A model generated the notes under the pieces. It was given only the letters and a program-made list of their open reading frames with translations. It was not told the origin of the DNA and made no database searches. From the NCBI GenBank assembly GCA_963829055.1, contig CAWHHI010000020.1:320001-384000 (forward strand): DNA of 64,000 nt, written 5' to 3'. Below, one piece after another: positions 1-13,064 of the stretch. A program made the position numbers and the translations under genes. Source of the DNA: an uncultured Gemmatimonadaceae bacterium (GTDB lineage Bacteria > Gemmatimonadota > Gemmatimonadetes > Gemmatimonadales > Gemmatimonadaceae). The stretch's first letter is position 1, and every line of letters starts with the position of its first letter.

Positions 1-267
1 TCGCCGAACCAGTCGCGCATCGCATCGCCGCTTCCCGTTAGGCGCGTAGGCGATGGTCTTGCGACACCAGTCCACGTGCGACGCCGCGGCCACCGCATGC
101 TCCGCGAGCGTGCGATACGCCGTGAGCGCGACGTCGGGCCCGAGGTCCGCCGCAATGCGCGACTTGACGCGCCCCTTCTCGGGGGCGTTGGCGAAGATGA
201 CGAGCGAACGAGACGAAGCGATCACGACGACGGCAGCCGAGTTCGGAGAAGAACGTGCGGTGACCAT
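1..267 (-). CDS. TIGR04282/DUF2064-family glycosyltransferase-like protein, runs off window edge
   Basis: Manual translation from ATG 267: MVTARS...SLVIFANAPEKGRVKSRIAADLGPDVALTAYRTLAE, matching the family N-terminal IFAKAPxxGRVKTRL pattern. Confidence 0.7.
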   Translation of the reverse strand, partial: MVTARSSPNSAAVVVIASSRSLVIFANAPEKGRVKSRIAADLGPDVALTAYRTLAEHAVAAASHVDWCRKTIAYAPNGKRRCDARLVRR

Positions 268-418
268 CCTAACGGCAGGACGACCGAACGCGCACGAGCG
301 TTGCGTCACACGGCGCTATGCCCACTGTTTGTGTGACGCACACGGCATAGCGGCCGCAACCAGCGTCACCCAGCAACAAGCACGACCACCCAGCCACCAG
401 CCGCAGTCCCCGTTCCCG

Positions 419-1703
419 CTACTGTGCGACCTTCCCGTCCAGTTGCTGGATGGTCTTCGTCGACGGCGGCCGCTCCTTCTTGAGTCGCGCCGATACGACC
501 TCCGCCTGCTTCAGCACGCGCAGCACGTTGTCGCCCGCGAGCTTCTTCAGGTCGGCGTCCGTCCAGCCCCGACGCGACAGCTCGGCGAACAGATCCGGGA
601 ACTTCGAGACGTCCTCGAGGCCGACCACCAGATCCGTGATGCCGTCGAAGTCGCTGCCGATGCCCACGTGATCCACGCCGGCGACCTTCCGAATGTGCTC
701 GATGTGATCGGCCACCTGGCCTAGCGTCGCCTTGGGCTGCGGGTGCGCCTGCGTCCACGTCGTCCAGCTCACGCGTCGCACCGCGGCGCGTGTCGTTGCC
801 AAGCCGGCGTCGCGCATCCGCGACCGCCGCGGCCTGTGCATCGTCCCACTGCCTTCACCTCCTTCGACACGAACGACGTCACGAACGGCACCATCACCAC
901 GCCGCCGTTCTTCGGCAGCCGCGCGAGAATCGAGTCCGGCACGTTTCGCGCGATGATCGACCAGCTCGCGCGATCCCGAGTGCGAGAAGATCACCGGCGC
1001 CTCCGTCGCGTCGAGCGCGTCGCTCATCGTCCCCGGCGACACGTGCGAGAGATCCACCAGCATGCCGAGCCGGTTCATCTCGTGCACGACTTCCTTGCCG
1101 AAGGTCGTGAGCCCGCCGTGCTTCGGCCGAGTCGAGCGCGGCGTCGGCCCAGTCGAGCGTGACGTTGTGCGTGAGCGTCATGTAGCGTGCGCCGAGATCG
1201 TAGTAGACGCGCAGCGCACCTAACGAGTTCTCGATCGCGTGCCCGCCCTCGAGCCCGAGCAGCGAGCCGATCTTGCCGGCCTTGAACGACGACCGCACCG
1301 CCGTCCGCCGTGAGCGCCCACTGCAAGCCGCTCCGGATACTTCGCGATCACGCGGCGCGCGATGTCGAACTGCTCGAGCTGCACGCGCGCGTACCCCGAA
1401 TCCTTGATCTCGCCGGGGATGTAGATCGACCAGAACTGCGCGCCGACCATCCCCTTCTTCAGCCGCGCGAGATCGGTATGCCCCGGCGCCGTTCTTGCGA
1501 AGGTCGTACGCCTCGACGTCGTGCGGCGCCGTCGTCGCCTCGCGGATCGCCCACGGCAGATCGTTGTGCCCGTCGACGAGCGGCGTCGTGCTCAGCACGC
1601 GCCGGGCGCGCGCGATGTCCGCGGCGGATGGCGCGGGTGTGGGTGTCTGCGCGTCGGCGGCGAAAGCGGCGGTCACGAGAAGGGCGGCGGCGAGGAGTCG
1701 CAT
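419..1703 (-). CDS. Membrane dipeptidase (peptidase M19) with signal peptide; frameshifted
   Basis: Motifs [39 protein letters not shown] spread over ORFs 894..1787, 1220..1450 and 419..1087. Confidence 0.9.
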
Positions 1704-1809
1704 GGTCCAGAAGAAGCGAGAATGTGTCGAGGAGCTACTGCAGTCGCAGGCTGTGCAGCTCGCCAGCCTAACGGTAGCACCCAGCAACGTGAAGCGTCGA
1801 CCTCCGCCG

Positions 1810-1902
1810 TTCGGTTCCCCGTTCCCGGCTCCCAGTTCCCGTTCGCGCTGGTCCGATTCCCGATTCCCGCATCATTCCCGCATTCCCGATCCCCCATTCC
1901 CT
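1810..1902. repeat. Degenerate (TTCCCG/ATTCCCG)n short tandem repeat in intergenic region
   Basis: Repeated ttcccg/tcccga/attcccgc units upstream of the dipeptidase. Confidence 0.6.
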
Positions 1903-1975
1903 TGCGCCTCCTTCGACCGCTCATTTAGAACTCGTGTCGATGCCCCTGCCAGCAACGATCCGCACACTCGCCATC

Positions 1976-2490
1976 GTGACGTCGCTCTGCGCCGCGAGCC
2001 TGCCGTGAGTCCGAGGGTACGCTACCAGGGCTACGCCGATCGCACAGCCGGCGGTCGGCGACAGCGCACTCGTCGCCGTCTCCTCCTACCTCACGCTCGA
2101 CTCCACCGGCCCCGTTCGCTACGACAGCGCCGCCGCACAGTACGGTCGAGCGACTCTCGACGCAGTTCGGCGGCATCATGCGACCCGACACGGTCGCGGT
2201 CTTCCACCGACAGATGCTCGAGGGCCTCGATTCGCTCGTGCTCGCCATGCGCGTACTACGCGAGCGTGAAACGAGCTGCTCCGCCGAACGCACCATCGAC
2301 TGCGTCGACGCACGCGACTTCGGCTACATCCTCGGCTCCATGCGCAACGGGGCCCGCATCTACCTCGACGCGCGACGCCGCATGCGCGAGACCATGCGAT
2401 CGCTCGGCGCGAGCTTCCCGGATCCGCCAGCGGTGTCTCGCGTCCGCACTCGACCCGCGCCCAGCCGCCACGAGCGCCCCGCATCCGTGA
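1976..2490 (+). CDS. Hypothetical protein, probably frameshifted; boundaries uncertain
   Basis: Protein-like segment MRPDTVAVFHRQMLEGLDSLVLAMRVLRERE... in ORF 2178..3011 ahead of the oxidase. Confidence 0.4.
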
Positions 2491-3879
2491 CCGATCCCGC
2501 AGACGACGTCGACGTCGTCATCATCGGCGCGGGCGTGTCCGGCCTCGCCGCCGCGAAACGACTCACCGAAGCAGGCGTGACGCACCACGGTTCTCGAGGC
2601 GCGCAATCGCATCGGCGGGCGGATCTACACCACGCGCGACGAGCGCACGCCACTCCCGATCGAGATGGGCGCCGAGTTCGTGCACGGGTCGGCACCCGAG
2701 CTCGTCGAGATCGTGCGGGCGTCGAAGCTGGTGGTCGCCGACACCTCGGCGAGCGCTGGCGCTCCGAGCGCGGGAAGCTCACGAACCTCGACGACGAGAA
2801 TTACTGGCAGCAGCTCGCGCACGTCATGGAGCGGCTCGACCCGAAGCGAACACCCGACCGCTCGTTTCAGGAGTTCCTCGATACGAAGCCCGGTGGGCAG
2901 TCGCTCGCGAAGCAGCGCACGCTCGCGCGCGAGTACGTGTCGGGGTTTCACGCCGGCGATCCGGAACGCGATGAGCGAACGCTGGCTCGCAGACGGCGGC
3001 ATGCCCGCTGACGAGGATGAAGAAGCGTCAGGGACGCGATCCTCGACGGCTACGACCACGTGCCCGCCGGCGCTCGCCACGGCGGGCTTCCGCGTTAGGC
3101 TCGCGCACGTCGTGCATGCAGATCGTCTGGGAGCCGGGGAGCCGTCGAGGTCCGCTATCCGTCCCGGCCGGCCGATGGGCTCGCGCACCAACGGTGCGAT
3201 TCGCGCGCGTTCGGCGATCATCACCGTGCCGCTCGGCGTGCTCCAGCACACGACGGGCGACGACGGTCGTCACGTTCACCCCCGACGTCGCTGACATTCG
3301 ACGAGCCGCCAGTCAGCTCGCCATGGGGTCGGTCGCCCGCATCACGCTGCTGTTTCGGGAGCCGTTCTGGGAGGCACGAGCAATGCAGCGAAAGACCGGC
3401 GGTCGCTCGCTGACCGATCTGTCGTTTCTCCACTCGTCCGACGATGAGGTCCCGGTGTGGTGGACGTCAGCTCCAGTCCGAACGCAGCAACGCTCGTAGG
3501 GTGGACCGGCGGGCCGAAGGCCGCGCGGCTCGTCGCGCGCGGACCGGCAGAGGTCGAGGCCCGCGCGATCGCGGCGCTCGCTCGCGTGCTCGGGATGCAA
3601 CGTCGTCGCGTCGAGTCGCTCGTCGAGGCGTGTTGGTATCACGACTGGCAGCCGATCCGTTCACCCGTGGCGCGTACAGCTATGGCCTGGTCGGCGGAAG
3701 CGACTGCGCGAAACACCTCGCCCGGCCGGTCGGACGAAGACGCTGTTCTTCGCCGGCGAGGCCGCCGACGGCGAAGGTCGCACCGGGACCGTGCACGGCG
3801 CGATCGGCACCGGCTACCGCGCCGCGGCGGCCGTGCTGCGCCTAACGACGCGCGCGCGTCTCGCGCCCGCGGACGATGA
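2487..3879 (+). CDS. Flavin monoamine oxidase family protein; frameshifted
   Basis: [32 protein letters not shown] and [10 protein letters not shown] motifs in successive frames. Confidence 0.85.
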
Positions 3880-3888
3880 TCGGCGAGC

Positions 3889-4572
3889 ATGGAGCCGCCA
3901 GTCACACCCGTGTTCCGCGACCGCACCGACGCCGGTCGCATTCTCGCCGGCCGAGCTCGCGGGCTACGCGGGACGCAGCGACGTCATCGTGCTCGCGCTT
4001 CCCCGCGGCGGCGTGCCCGTCGCCTACGAGGTCGCCCGCGCGCTCGGCGCGCCGCTCGACGTGTTCCTCGTCCGCAAGCTCGGGCTGCCGGGCCACGAGG
4101 AGCTCGCGATGGGCGCCATCGCGAGCGGCGGCATCCGGCTGATCAACGACGACGTCGTCGAGCGCCTACCACGTGACCGACGCGGAGATCGAGACGGTCG
4201 CGGTCGCGGAACAGGCGGAGCTGGAGCGCCGCGAGCGCATGTATCACGACAGGCCGATCACTTCCACCACTTCGAGGATCACACGGTCGATTCTCGTGGA
4301 TGACGGCCTCGCGACCGGCGCCACGATGCGCGTCGCGGTGCTGGCGCTCCGCGAGAAATCACCGACGCGCATCGTGGTCGCCGTGCCCGTTGCCGCACCC
4401 GAGACGTGCGACGAATTTCGCAGCGTCGTCGACGACGTCATCTGCGCCGAGACGCCGTACACCGTTCTACGCCGTCGGGATATGGTACGAGGACTTCGCG
4501 CAGACGACCGACGAAGAGGTCCACGAGCTGTTGACCGCCGCGCGCGACCACCCGTACGCTGAGCCGTCATAA
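3889..4572 (+). CDS. Phosphoribosyltransferase (Rv0571c-like); frameshifted
   Basis: [49 protein letters not shown]. Confidence 0.9.
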
Positions 4573-4576
4573 CGAG

Positions 4577-5494
4577 ATGCGTTTCCTCATCATCGGAGCC
4601 GGCGGTATCGGGGCGTATTCGGCGGCGAGCTCGCTCGCGCCGGCCACGAGGTCACGATGTTCGCCCGCGGCGCACACCTCGACGCCATGCGAGCGCAACG
4701 GCCTCACGGTCCGCGAGCCCGAGGGCGAGTTCGTCGCGCGCGTCGGCGCGACGGACAGTGTCGACGAGCTCCCAGCGCCGACGTCGCCGTCGTCGCGGTG
4801 AAGAGCTACTCGCTGCGCCGACGTCACTTCCCGTCGTGCGCACTCGCCGCCGAGCGAGGCGCCGACGTGGTCCCGCTGCTGAACGGAGTCACCGCGGCCG
4901 ACGAGCTCATCGCCGGTGGCGTGCCACGATCCACACGTGCTCGGCGGACTCGCTCGCGTGAGTGTGGTGCGAACGGAGCCGGGCGTCGTCGAGCGACGGA
5001 GCGGTTTCAACAGCATGGTCGTCGGCGAATTGGGCGGCGGGACTGAGCGAGCGCGCGACGGCGATCGCCGACGCCTTGCCAGCGCGCGGGCGTCGACGCC
5101 CGCGCGTCGGCCACGATGGACGTGGAGCTCTGGCAGAAGTACGTGTTCATCACCGCCATGGCCGCCGTGTGCGGGCTCGGCTCGCACGTCGATTGGCCCG
5201 GTGCGCGAGGCACCCGGCGGCCGTCGCCTCATCCAGCGGGCGGTCACGGAGGTCGTCGATGTCGCGCGCGCTCGTGGAGTCCCGCTTCCCGACGACGAAG
5301 CGCCGCGAACCTCCGCGTACATCATCGACACGCTGCCCGCGGCCATGAAGCCGAGCTTTCTGCTCGACCTCGAGAGCGGCGGACCAACGGAGCTCGACAC
5401 GCTGAGCGGGGCGGTCTCGCGGTTCGCGGCCGAAGCGGGCATCGAGACCCCGGTCCACGAGACGGCGACGGCCGCGCTCGGCGTTAGGCGTTAG
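4577..5494 (+). CDS. panE: Ketopantoate reductase family protein; frameshifted
   Basis: MRFLIIGAGGIG, VAVKSY, PLLNGV, LWQKYVF, MKPSFLLDLESGGPTELDTLSG. Confidence 0.8.
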
Positions 5495-5699
5495 CCGACC
5501 ACGAGTGTGACGGCCGGCGGCCGGCAGTGGCAGTCGAACTGCGTGTACAATGTGATGTTCCTCGCTGTTTCCGGCCAGGACCAGTTACATTCGCGCGGTT
5601 CGCTGTGCCGTCTCGCCGACCGGCCGTCCGATCGTGGTCCGTCGCGACTCGTCATCCTCCGGCGCCGCCGCCAGCTCGACTTCCACGGCCCCTAACGCG

Positions 5700-8392
5700 A
5701 GCCGTCACGGCCGACCCACGTCACCTCGCGCTCGTATTCGCGACCGTGCAGGACGCCGCCGTCGTCACGCGATGCCGACGGCCGCATCGTCGACTGCAAT
5801 CCCGCCGCGGAACGCCTGTTCGGCAGCGCGCGCAGGCACGACGGCCTCACGCGCGTCGACCGAGCTCGCCGGAACGATCGATCGCCGCTGACGACGACGC
5901 CGCCGACGCCGCTGCGCTGCGGCGATGGCCGGTGGGAGGGTGAGATCGCCTTCGTGAGTCACGACGGCCGACTCGGGCACTCCACGCGACGCTCGTCGCG
6001 CAGCGCCAATGACGCCGGGTACGACGACGCTTCGTCGCATCTATCGGGACATCACCGGCAGAAGGCGGTCGAGGAAACGCTCCGCGAGAGCGAGAAGCGA
6101 CTGCGCTTTGCACTCGAGGGCGCGAACGAAGGGCTCTGGGACTGGAGCATCGACACCGGCGACGTCTACTTCAGCGCGGCCGCCGAGTTGATGCTCGGCT
6201 ACGAGCCCGGCGAGATGGAGCGTCGAGCCGGGCGGCACGTGGGACCAGAGCCTGCACCCCGACGACATGCCCGCGGTCCAGCGGGCGATCGACGAACACG
6301 TCGCCGGCAACACGCCGGCGTACGAGGCCGAGTATCGCTGCCGCACGAAGCAGGGCGGCTGGAAGTGGCTCCTCGGCCGCGGCAAGGTCGTCGAGCGGAA
6401 CGCCGACGGCTCGCCGCGCCGGATGACCGGCATTCACATCGACATCACCGAGCGCAAGCAGGCCGAGGAAACGCGAGCGCGGCTGACGGCGATTCTCGAC
6501 GCGACGCCGGACCTCGTCGCGACTTCCGACCGCCGACTTCACGACGCTGTACATGAACCCCGCGGGCCGGCGCATGCTCGGCCTCGACGAACACGAGGAT
6601 CTGACGGGTCGATGGATCGGCGACGACGTATCCGGCGCATGTCCGCCAGCGAGATGTTCGACGAGGCGATTCCGACGGCGGTACGTGATGGATTCTGGCG
6701 TGGAGAGAGCGCGTTCATTGGCGCCGACGGGCGAGAGCACCCCGCGACGCAGATCGTGCTCGCGCATCGGAATCGTCTCGGAAAAATCGAGTACTTCTCG
6801 ACGGTGCATGCGCGACGACACGGAGCGACTGCGCGCCGAGGCGGTGGTTCGCGAGAGCGAGGAGCGACATCGGCTGCTGTTCGAGGAGAATCCGATCCCG
6901 CTCCTCGTCATCGACGCCGAGACGCTGATGTTCCTCGTCGGTGAACGCGTCGGCGGTGCGGCAGTACGGCTACTCGCGCGACGAGTTCGCGCGGATGTCG
7001 ATCACCGACATCAGGCCGCCGAGGACGCGGCGATCGCACTCTCGCGCGCGGCGGCGCCATCCGAGGTGCGCTCGCAGCGATCGGGCCCCTACCGGCACAG
7101 GCGGAAGGATGGCTCGATCGTCATCGTCGACATCGTGTCGCGGGACTTCGTGTTCGCGGGACGCCACGCTCGTCTCGTTCTCGCCATCGACGTCACGGAG
7201 CAGCGGCACCTCGAGGATCAGCTCCGCCAGTCACAGAAGATCGAGGCGGTCGGCCAGCTCGCGGGCGGCATCGCGCACGACTTCAACAACCTGCTGACCG
7301 TCATCAAGGGCAACGTGGAGCTCGCGCTCCACCAGTTGCCCACGGGCGTGCCGCTGCGCGAATGATCTCGAGCAGGTGGCGCACGCAGCGTCGCGCGCGG
7401 CGCTGCTCACGCGGCAGCTGCTCGCGTTCAGCCGCAAGCAGGTGCTCACGCCGGCGGTGCTCGATCTCAACGAGGTCGTCGCCGAGGCGGAGCGGATGCT
7501 GCGCCGCGTGATCGGCGAGGACATCACGTTCGTCACGCAGCTCGCGCCGACGGTCTCGCGCGTGACCGCGGACCGTGGGCAGATCGAGCAGGTGCTCGTG
7601 AATCTCGTCGTGAACGCGCGCGACGCGATGCCCGACGGGTGGCGTGCTCACGGTCGCGACGGCGCGACGTGACCGTGTCGTGCCGCGGACGCGCGGCACG
7701 CGGTATCGTCCCCGGTCCGTACGTGACGCTTCGCGTCGAGCGACACGGGCGTCGGCATGGACGACACGACGCGGTCGCGCATCTTCGAGCCGTTCTTCAC
7801 GACGAAGCCGGTCGGGCACGGCACCGGACTCGGCCTCGCGACCGTGTATGGCGTCGTGCATCAGTCCGGCGGCTTCGTCACCGTGGACAGCACGCCGCGG
7901 TGTCGGGTCGACGTTCACCGTCTTCTCTGCCGCGCACGTGCGCATGTCGAGAACCCGACCGGCGGCACCGGTCCGGATGCGGTATCGAGCGCGGGCTCGG
8001 AGACGATTCTGCTCGTCGAGGATGAGGACGAAGTGCGCACGGTCGCGCGACGCGTGCTCGTGGAGGCGGGATACACGGTGCTCGAGGCGGCGAACGCCGC
8101 GGAGGCGATCGAGGTGTTCGATCGCTCGCCGGGCGCGATGGCGATGCTCGTGTCGGATGTCGTGATGCCCGGACTCAATGGGCACGAGCTCAGTCAAATG
8201 CTGCGGCTCCGCGCGCCGCGGCTGCCGACGCTGTTCGTGTCGGGATACAGCTTCGATGCGCGCGGTGAGTCGTCGGGATTCGACGACGAGAGCTTCCTCG
8301 CGAAGCCGTACGATCCGGCGGAGCTCGCGCGCCGGGTGCGCTCGATCTCGATGCGACCGCGTGCGGCGAGCGAGCCGCTGACGAGCGTGTAA
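5700..8392 (+). CDS. Multi-PAS hybrid sensor histidine kinase with C-terminal receiver; frameshifted, start uncertain
   Basis: PAS/PAC segments, H-box [35 protein letters not shown], receiver ILLVEDE...SDVVMPG. Confidence 0.85.
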
Positions 8393-8487
8393 CGGCCGAT
8401 GACCGTAAAGTGTTAGACGCAACAAATATTTGCAGTCGGCGGACTGGGCCGTATAGCTTCGCCGCACTCTCAGCACAGGAGCACGGA

Positions 8488-8733
8488 ATGGCCGACTCCG
8501 GCTTCCCGACACGCGACCTCGGCGCCTAACGCCAGCATCGACGGCGACATCGCGGTGCTCCTCGATCGCGTGTGCGCCAGTCTGCCGCACGACTACACGA
8601 AGCAACTCGTCCGCGACGTCGTTCGACTGAAGCTCGGGCTGGGATTCGAGGGCGACGTGCGCGACTACCTCAAGCGACGCAGCGGCGAGTATCGCCGCGG
8701 TGCGGCGGTCGTCGAGGAACAGCGACGAAGTAG
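8488..8733 (+). CDS. Small hypothetical protein, similar to 24040..24289; probably frameshifted
   Basis: AGGAG upstream of ATG 8488; segment IAVLLDRVCASLPHDYTKQLVRDVVRLKLGL. Confidence 0.5.
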
Positions 8734-8749
8734 CGCTCCGCCAGCGCGA

Positions 8750-11421
8750 TTACTCCGTCCGAGTGCCGTCGCCGGATCGGCTCGGCTCGCGTACGTCGCC
8801 GGCACCCACGTCGCGACGAGCGCCGTCAGCGACCAGCACCGCGGACACGGCGATGAACGTCAGCGGATCCTTCGACGCGACGCCGAAGAGCAGCGTCTGC
8901 ATGAGCCGCGTCGCGAGCGAGCGCACCGACCGTGCCGATCACGAGCCCGAACGACTACCAGCCGCAGGCCATTCCGAACGACGAGCCACCGCACGTCGTT
9001 CGCCTGCGCACCGAGCGCGAGCCGGATCCCCATCTCCCGCACTCGGCGACGCGCCATCTGCGCCATCACGCCGTAGACGCCGACGACGGCCAGCGCCAGT
9101 CCGACGCTCGCGAATAGCAGCAGCAGCGTCGTGAGGAAGCGCTCGCGCGCGAGCGACTGCGCGCGCACTTCGTTCATGGTCACGGATGGACTCGAGCGCG
9201 AGCGACCGGTCCAGCTCCGCGACCGTGCGGCGGATCGCCGGACCTAACGACGCGGGATCGCCGGCGGTTCGCAGCACCATGAACATACCGTTCGTCGGCG
9301 ACTGCGCGAGCGGCTCGAACACCTCGATCTGCGGCTCGAGGCTGAGCTTCGTCTGATGCTGGCTCTTCACGACACCGACGATCGTGTTCCACGTCGACGT
9401 GGAGTCCGGGTCCTTGTCGAACGTGATCCGCTTGCCGATCGGATCCTGTCCCTTGAAGTGCTTCTTCGCGAATGCCTCGTTGATGACCACGACCTGCGGG
9501 CCGTTCGCGCGGTCGTCGGCCGTGAACGCTCGCCCGGCGAGCACCGGCGTCTTCATCGACCTTGAAGATAGTCCGGCGTCACGCGGCGATGCAGCGACCT
9601 CGCTCCCGTACGTGCCCGCCGGCCAGCCCTGCGACGGTGAAGTCGCTCGTAGTAGCCCGAGTTGTCGAGCGAGAGCTGCGAGACGCCGCCGACCCCCTGT
9701 ACGCCCGGAATGCCGCGCAGCCGCTCCTCCAGCCGCGTGAAGAACGAGAGGACCTTCTCGCCGGTGTCGTACCGCGCGCCCGGGAAGCACGAGCTTGGCG
9801 GCGAGAACGCCATTCGGGTCGAAGCCCGGATCGACGTGCTCCAGGCGGAGCAGGCTTCGCACGAGCAGACCGGCGCCGACGCTCAGCATGAGCGCGAGCG
9901 CGACCTCACCGATGACGAGACGCTCGCCCCACCGCCGGATCCGGCGACTCTCGCTGCCGCCTCGGCCACCTTCCTTGAGGGCGTCGAGCGGAAGGCGTCG
10001 GCTCGACCACAGCGCCGGCGCTATCCCGAACAGCAGGCCGCTCACCGTCGTGATGGCGAGCACGTAGGCGAGCACGACCCAGTCGAACTCGAACCGGGAG
10101 ACGCGCAGCATGCCGGCGGGCTGCATGGCCTGGAGCGCCCGCGTGCCCCACCAGCCTAACGCCACGCCGGCTGCGCCACCGACCACGGACGTGACGAGGC
10201 TCTCGGTCAGGGCCTGCCTGACGAGCCGTCGCCGGCCCGCACCAAGGGCGAGTCGCAGCGCGGCCTCGCGCTCCCGTCCCGCCGCCTTCACCAGCATCAG
10301 GTTGCCGACGTTCGCGCAGGCGATGAGCAGCAGCAGCCCGACGGCGCCGAGCAGGACGAGCAGCGGCAGCCGCGTGTCGCCGATGAGGAACTCGTGCAGT
10401 GGCGTCATCCCCGCGCCCATGGCTTTGTTGGTCTGCGGATAGTCGCGCTGCAATCGCTTCACGACGGCCTGCAGCTGTGCGTCGGCCGTCTCCTGCGTCA
10501 CGCCCGGCTTCAGGCGTGCAACCACGCTCACCCAGTGGGCGCGACGGAAGAACACCTGCTGTCGATTGTTCGGATTCCACCGCCACGGCTGCCAGAGATC
10601 GACCTCCGTCGTTCGGGTACGCGAAGCGAGGCGGGCATGACGCCGACCACCTGCACGGGGCTCCCATCGAGCTGGATCGTTCGGCCGATCACGCGCGGGT
10701 CGCTGCCGAACCGGTCGCGCCAGAGCCGATGGGACAGCACGGCGACGCTCTGGTCGGTGCGCCACGTCTCGGCGTCCGGTGAATGTCCTGCCTAACGCCG
10801 CGCGGGCGCCGAGCACCGAGAAGAAGTTGCCCGTGCCGAAGGCCGGCTTGACGATCGTCGGCTCACCACCGTCCGAGAGCGTCGACGCGCCGAACGCGTC
10901 GGCGTAGCCCATGACGTCCGCGAAGGACGCAACCTGCTCCTTCCAGTCGAACATGTTGGCCGGGGCGGCCACCTCCTTGTACCACCCCTTCTCCGGGTTT
11001 TCCTCCCACAGCATGTAGAGCTGCTCGGGGTTCGGGAACGGGAGCGGCCGCAGGATGACGGCATTCACCGCCGAGAAGATGGCGGTGTTCGCACCGACGC
11101 CGAGTGCGAGCGTGAGTATCGCGGCCGCCGCGAGCGCCGGCGTGCGACGCATGGTTCGCAGTGTGTATCGCGTGTCGGCGACGAGCTCCTCGACGGGGCG
11201 CGCCGCGTAGACGTCGTGGTGCGCCTCGCGCGTCTGCGTCAGCCCACCGAACTGCACCAGCGCGTGTCGCCGCGCCTCTGCTCGGCTCATGCCGAGGCGA
11301 ACGTTCTTTTCCGTTTCCTGCTCGATGATGAAACTCGATCTCGTCGTTCAACGCCTTCTCGGCCGCGCGGGGAAACAGCAGTGCGCGTAGCCGAGCGGTG
11401 AATGCCCTTGATGGCGGCCAT
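8750..11421 (-). CDS. ADOP-family duplicated ABC permease (MacB_PCD/FtsX); frameshifted
   Basis: N-terminal EIEFH...EARRHALVQFGG, LALGVGANTAIFS, LLLLIACANVGNL, REMGIRLALGA, C-terminal ADPATAL. Confidence 0.9.
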
Positions 11422-11484
11422 GGTGGCTCCGGGAGGCGAGCCCGCGGTCCACCGCTGGCGCGACCTCGTAAAATGTCGTGCTCG

Positions 11485-11820
11485 TTAGGTGGTCTGGAGG
11501 ATGAACTCGACGGCTTCCACGTAGCGGCGCCAGTTCGCGGCTTCGGTGCCGACCGCGCGTCGTCCGGCGGCGGTCAGGCGATAGTACTTCGCGCGCCGGT
11601 TGTTCTCCGTCGTCCGCCATTCGCTGTCTATCCAGCCCTTCTGCTCCAGCCGCTGGAATGCCGGATAGAGCGATCCCTGGTTCGCGTCGAGCACGCCGCG
11701 CGACATCTGCTGGATACGCTGCCCGATCCCCCACCCGTGCATGGGCTCGAGGGTGAGCGTCTTGAGGATCAGCAGGTCGAGCGTACCACGAAGGACATCA
11801 CTGGAGGGAGGCTGCTGCAT
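11485..11820 (-). CDS. PadR-family transcriptional regulator (acidobacterial type)
   Basis: LRGTLDLLILKTL..MHGWGI..NQGSLYPA..ENNRRAKYYRLT; directly upstream of an ADOP gene. Confidence 0.95.
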   Translation of the reverse strand: MQQPPSSDVLRGTLDLLILKTLTLEPMHGWGIGQRIQQMSRGVLDANQGSLYPAFQRLEQKGWIDSEWRTTENNRRAKYYRLTAAGRRAVGTEAANWRRYVEAVEFILQTT

Positions 11821-11846
11821 GCGCCGGACGGGTAGAGGACGCGCTA

Positions 11847-11899
11847 CTCTTGTCGGATTCCAAGAGAAGAGTGCGAAGTCTTCTGTCGGAAGTCAAGAG
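11847..11899. promoter_or_regulatory. Tandem putative PadR operator
   Basis: CTCTTG-tcggattc-CAAGAG (11847-11866) and a degenerate copy CTTCTGTCGGAAGTCAAGAG (11880-11899) just upstream of padR. Confidence 0.65.
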
Positions 11900-11950
11900 G
11901 AGCATGTCCGTGCCAGGGGAGCACGACGTCCGATCACAAAAAACAAAGAG

Positions 11951-12146
11951 CAGACAGGATTGCACGATTGACAGGATTGGACGGCGTTGCATTCGGGCTG
12001 GCTTACGCAACGAGCCGGGAATGAGGGGAACAGCCGCTCGGACGCCACTCTCTCCGAGATGTGTCCACATTCGTTAGGCCGGCCGAGTCGCCGCTCGATA
12101 TGTAGGCGGTCTGTTAATCCTGTCCATCCTGTCAATCCTGTCTCTG
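11951..12146. repeat. Palindromic repeat element family A, copy 1
   Basis: Arms of GACAGGATT-type 9-mers and AATCCTGTC-type 9-mers; interior similar to 43023-43231. Confidence 0.85.
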
Positions 12147-12169
12147 TTGCTGTCTGCTTTTTTCTTTTG

Positions 12170-12262
12170 GCTCAGCGGGTGTATCAGGGGCCTTCGGTGA
12201 TACCATCCTAGCCGTCGGCAACGATCACGTTCGAGAAGATCCTCGCGATGCTCGGGATGACA
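12170..12262. repeat. REP-like element family B, degenerate copy
   Basis: Ends in gagaagatcctcgcgatgctcgggatgaca, as in copies at 13.3 and 40.2 kb. Confidence 0.65.
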
Positions 12263-12276
12263 CCGCTGATGGCTCG

Positions 12277-12855
12277 TTAGCCACCCACACGCGATAGCGA
12301 ACGCAGCTGACCGATCTCGGGGTGGCTCGCCTCCGAGCCATCGGCGTCGGAGCTCATGACACGACGCACCGACGACAGGTGCTCGATGAACCAGCGTCCA
12401 CGTGGCGAGCCGAGGTCGTCGTAGCGAATGCGGCGGCTGCCGGAGCTCGCGTGGATGATCCGGCCATTGCCCGCATACATGGCCACGTGGCCCGCGCGCC
12501 CACGCTTCGTGTGGAAGAACAGCAGGTCACCGACGCGCAGCGAATCCGCGCCGATGGCTACGGCACGCCCCGCCGTCGCCTGCTCTCGCGCTGTTCGCGG
12601 CAGCGCGATGCCGTGGCGCGAGAAGACATATCGCACGAACCCCGAGCAGTCGAACGCACCTGGCTTCACTCCGCCGAGGCGGTACCGTGTTCCGAGGTAT
12701 CGCGCCGCGGTTGCGGCGATCCCTTTCGAGGACCCTGGCACGGTGACGCTCGCGGTCGCGTCCGTGGTCGCGACGGTGGATGCGCGAGCGCTGTCGGGCG
12801 TCGCGCTCACGAACATGATCAAATTGACCGAAACGGCGGACACAATGGACACCAT
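12277..12855 (-). CDS. NlpC/P60 (C40) cell-wall peptidase; true start may be further upstream
   Basis: YLGTRYRLGG..FDCSGFVRYVF..LPRTAREQ..GDLLFF..GHVAMY..IIHAS. Confidence 0.9.
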   Translation of the reverse strand: MVSIVSAVSVNLIMFVSATPDSARASTVATTDATASVTVPGSSKGIAATAARYLGTRYRLGGVKPGAFDCSGFVRYVFSRHGIALPRTAREQATAGRAVAIGADSLRVGDLLFFHTKRGRAGHVAMYAGNGRIIHASSGSRRIRYDDLGSPRGRWFIEHLSSVRRVMSSDADGSEASHPEIGQLRSLSRVGG

Positions 12856-13064
12856 GGACTGCCTCCGGTTGTCTGGCGCCCGCTACTAAGGCACTCGGCG
12901 CACCGGAAGAATTCGCCCTTTGGCACAGCGATGCGTGCAGGAACGTGTGGCATGTCGGTCGATCGCAGCGCGGCCGCAACACGCCGCGATGGACGCGCGC
13001 GGCGTACATCACACACGCAAGTGGCTATGCACTACTGACCACTTTCGCGACAGCATCGATAGCG

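Noticed and set aside
2178..4303. Apparent fusions hypothetical-oxidase and oxidase-phosphoribosyltransferase
   Set aside because: Both lie in the most error-dense segment, and each gene has its own plausible start.
7304..8605. Long antisense ORFs (also 29815..30774, 37282..38649, 51165..52727)
   Set aside because: Arg/Ala-rich shadow frames opposite well-supported genes, as expected at high GC.
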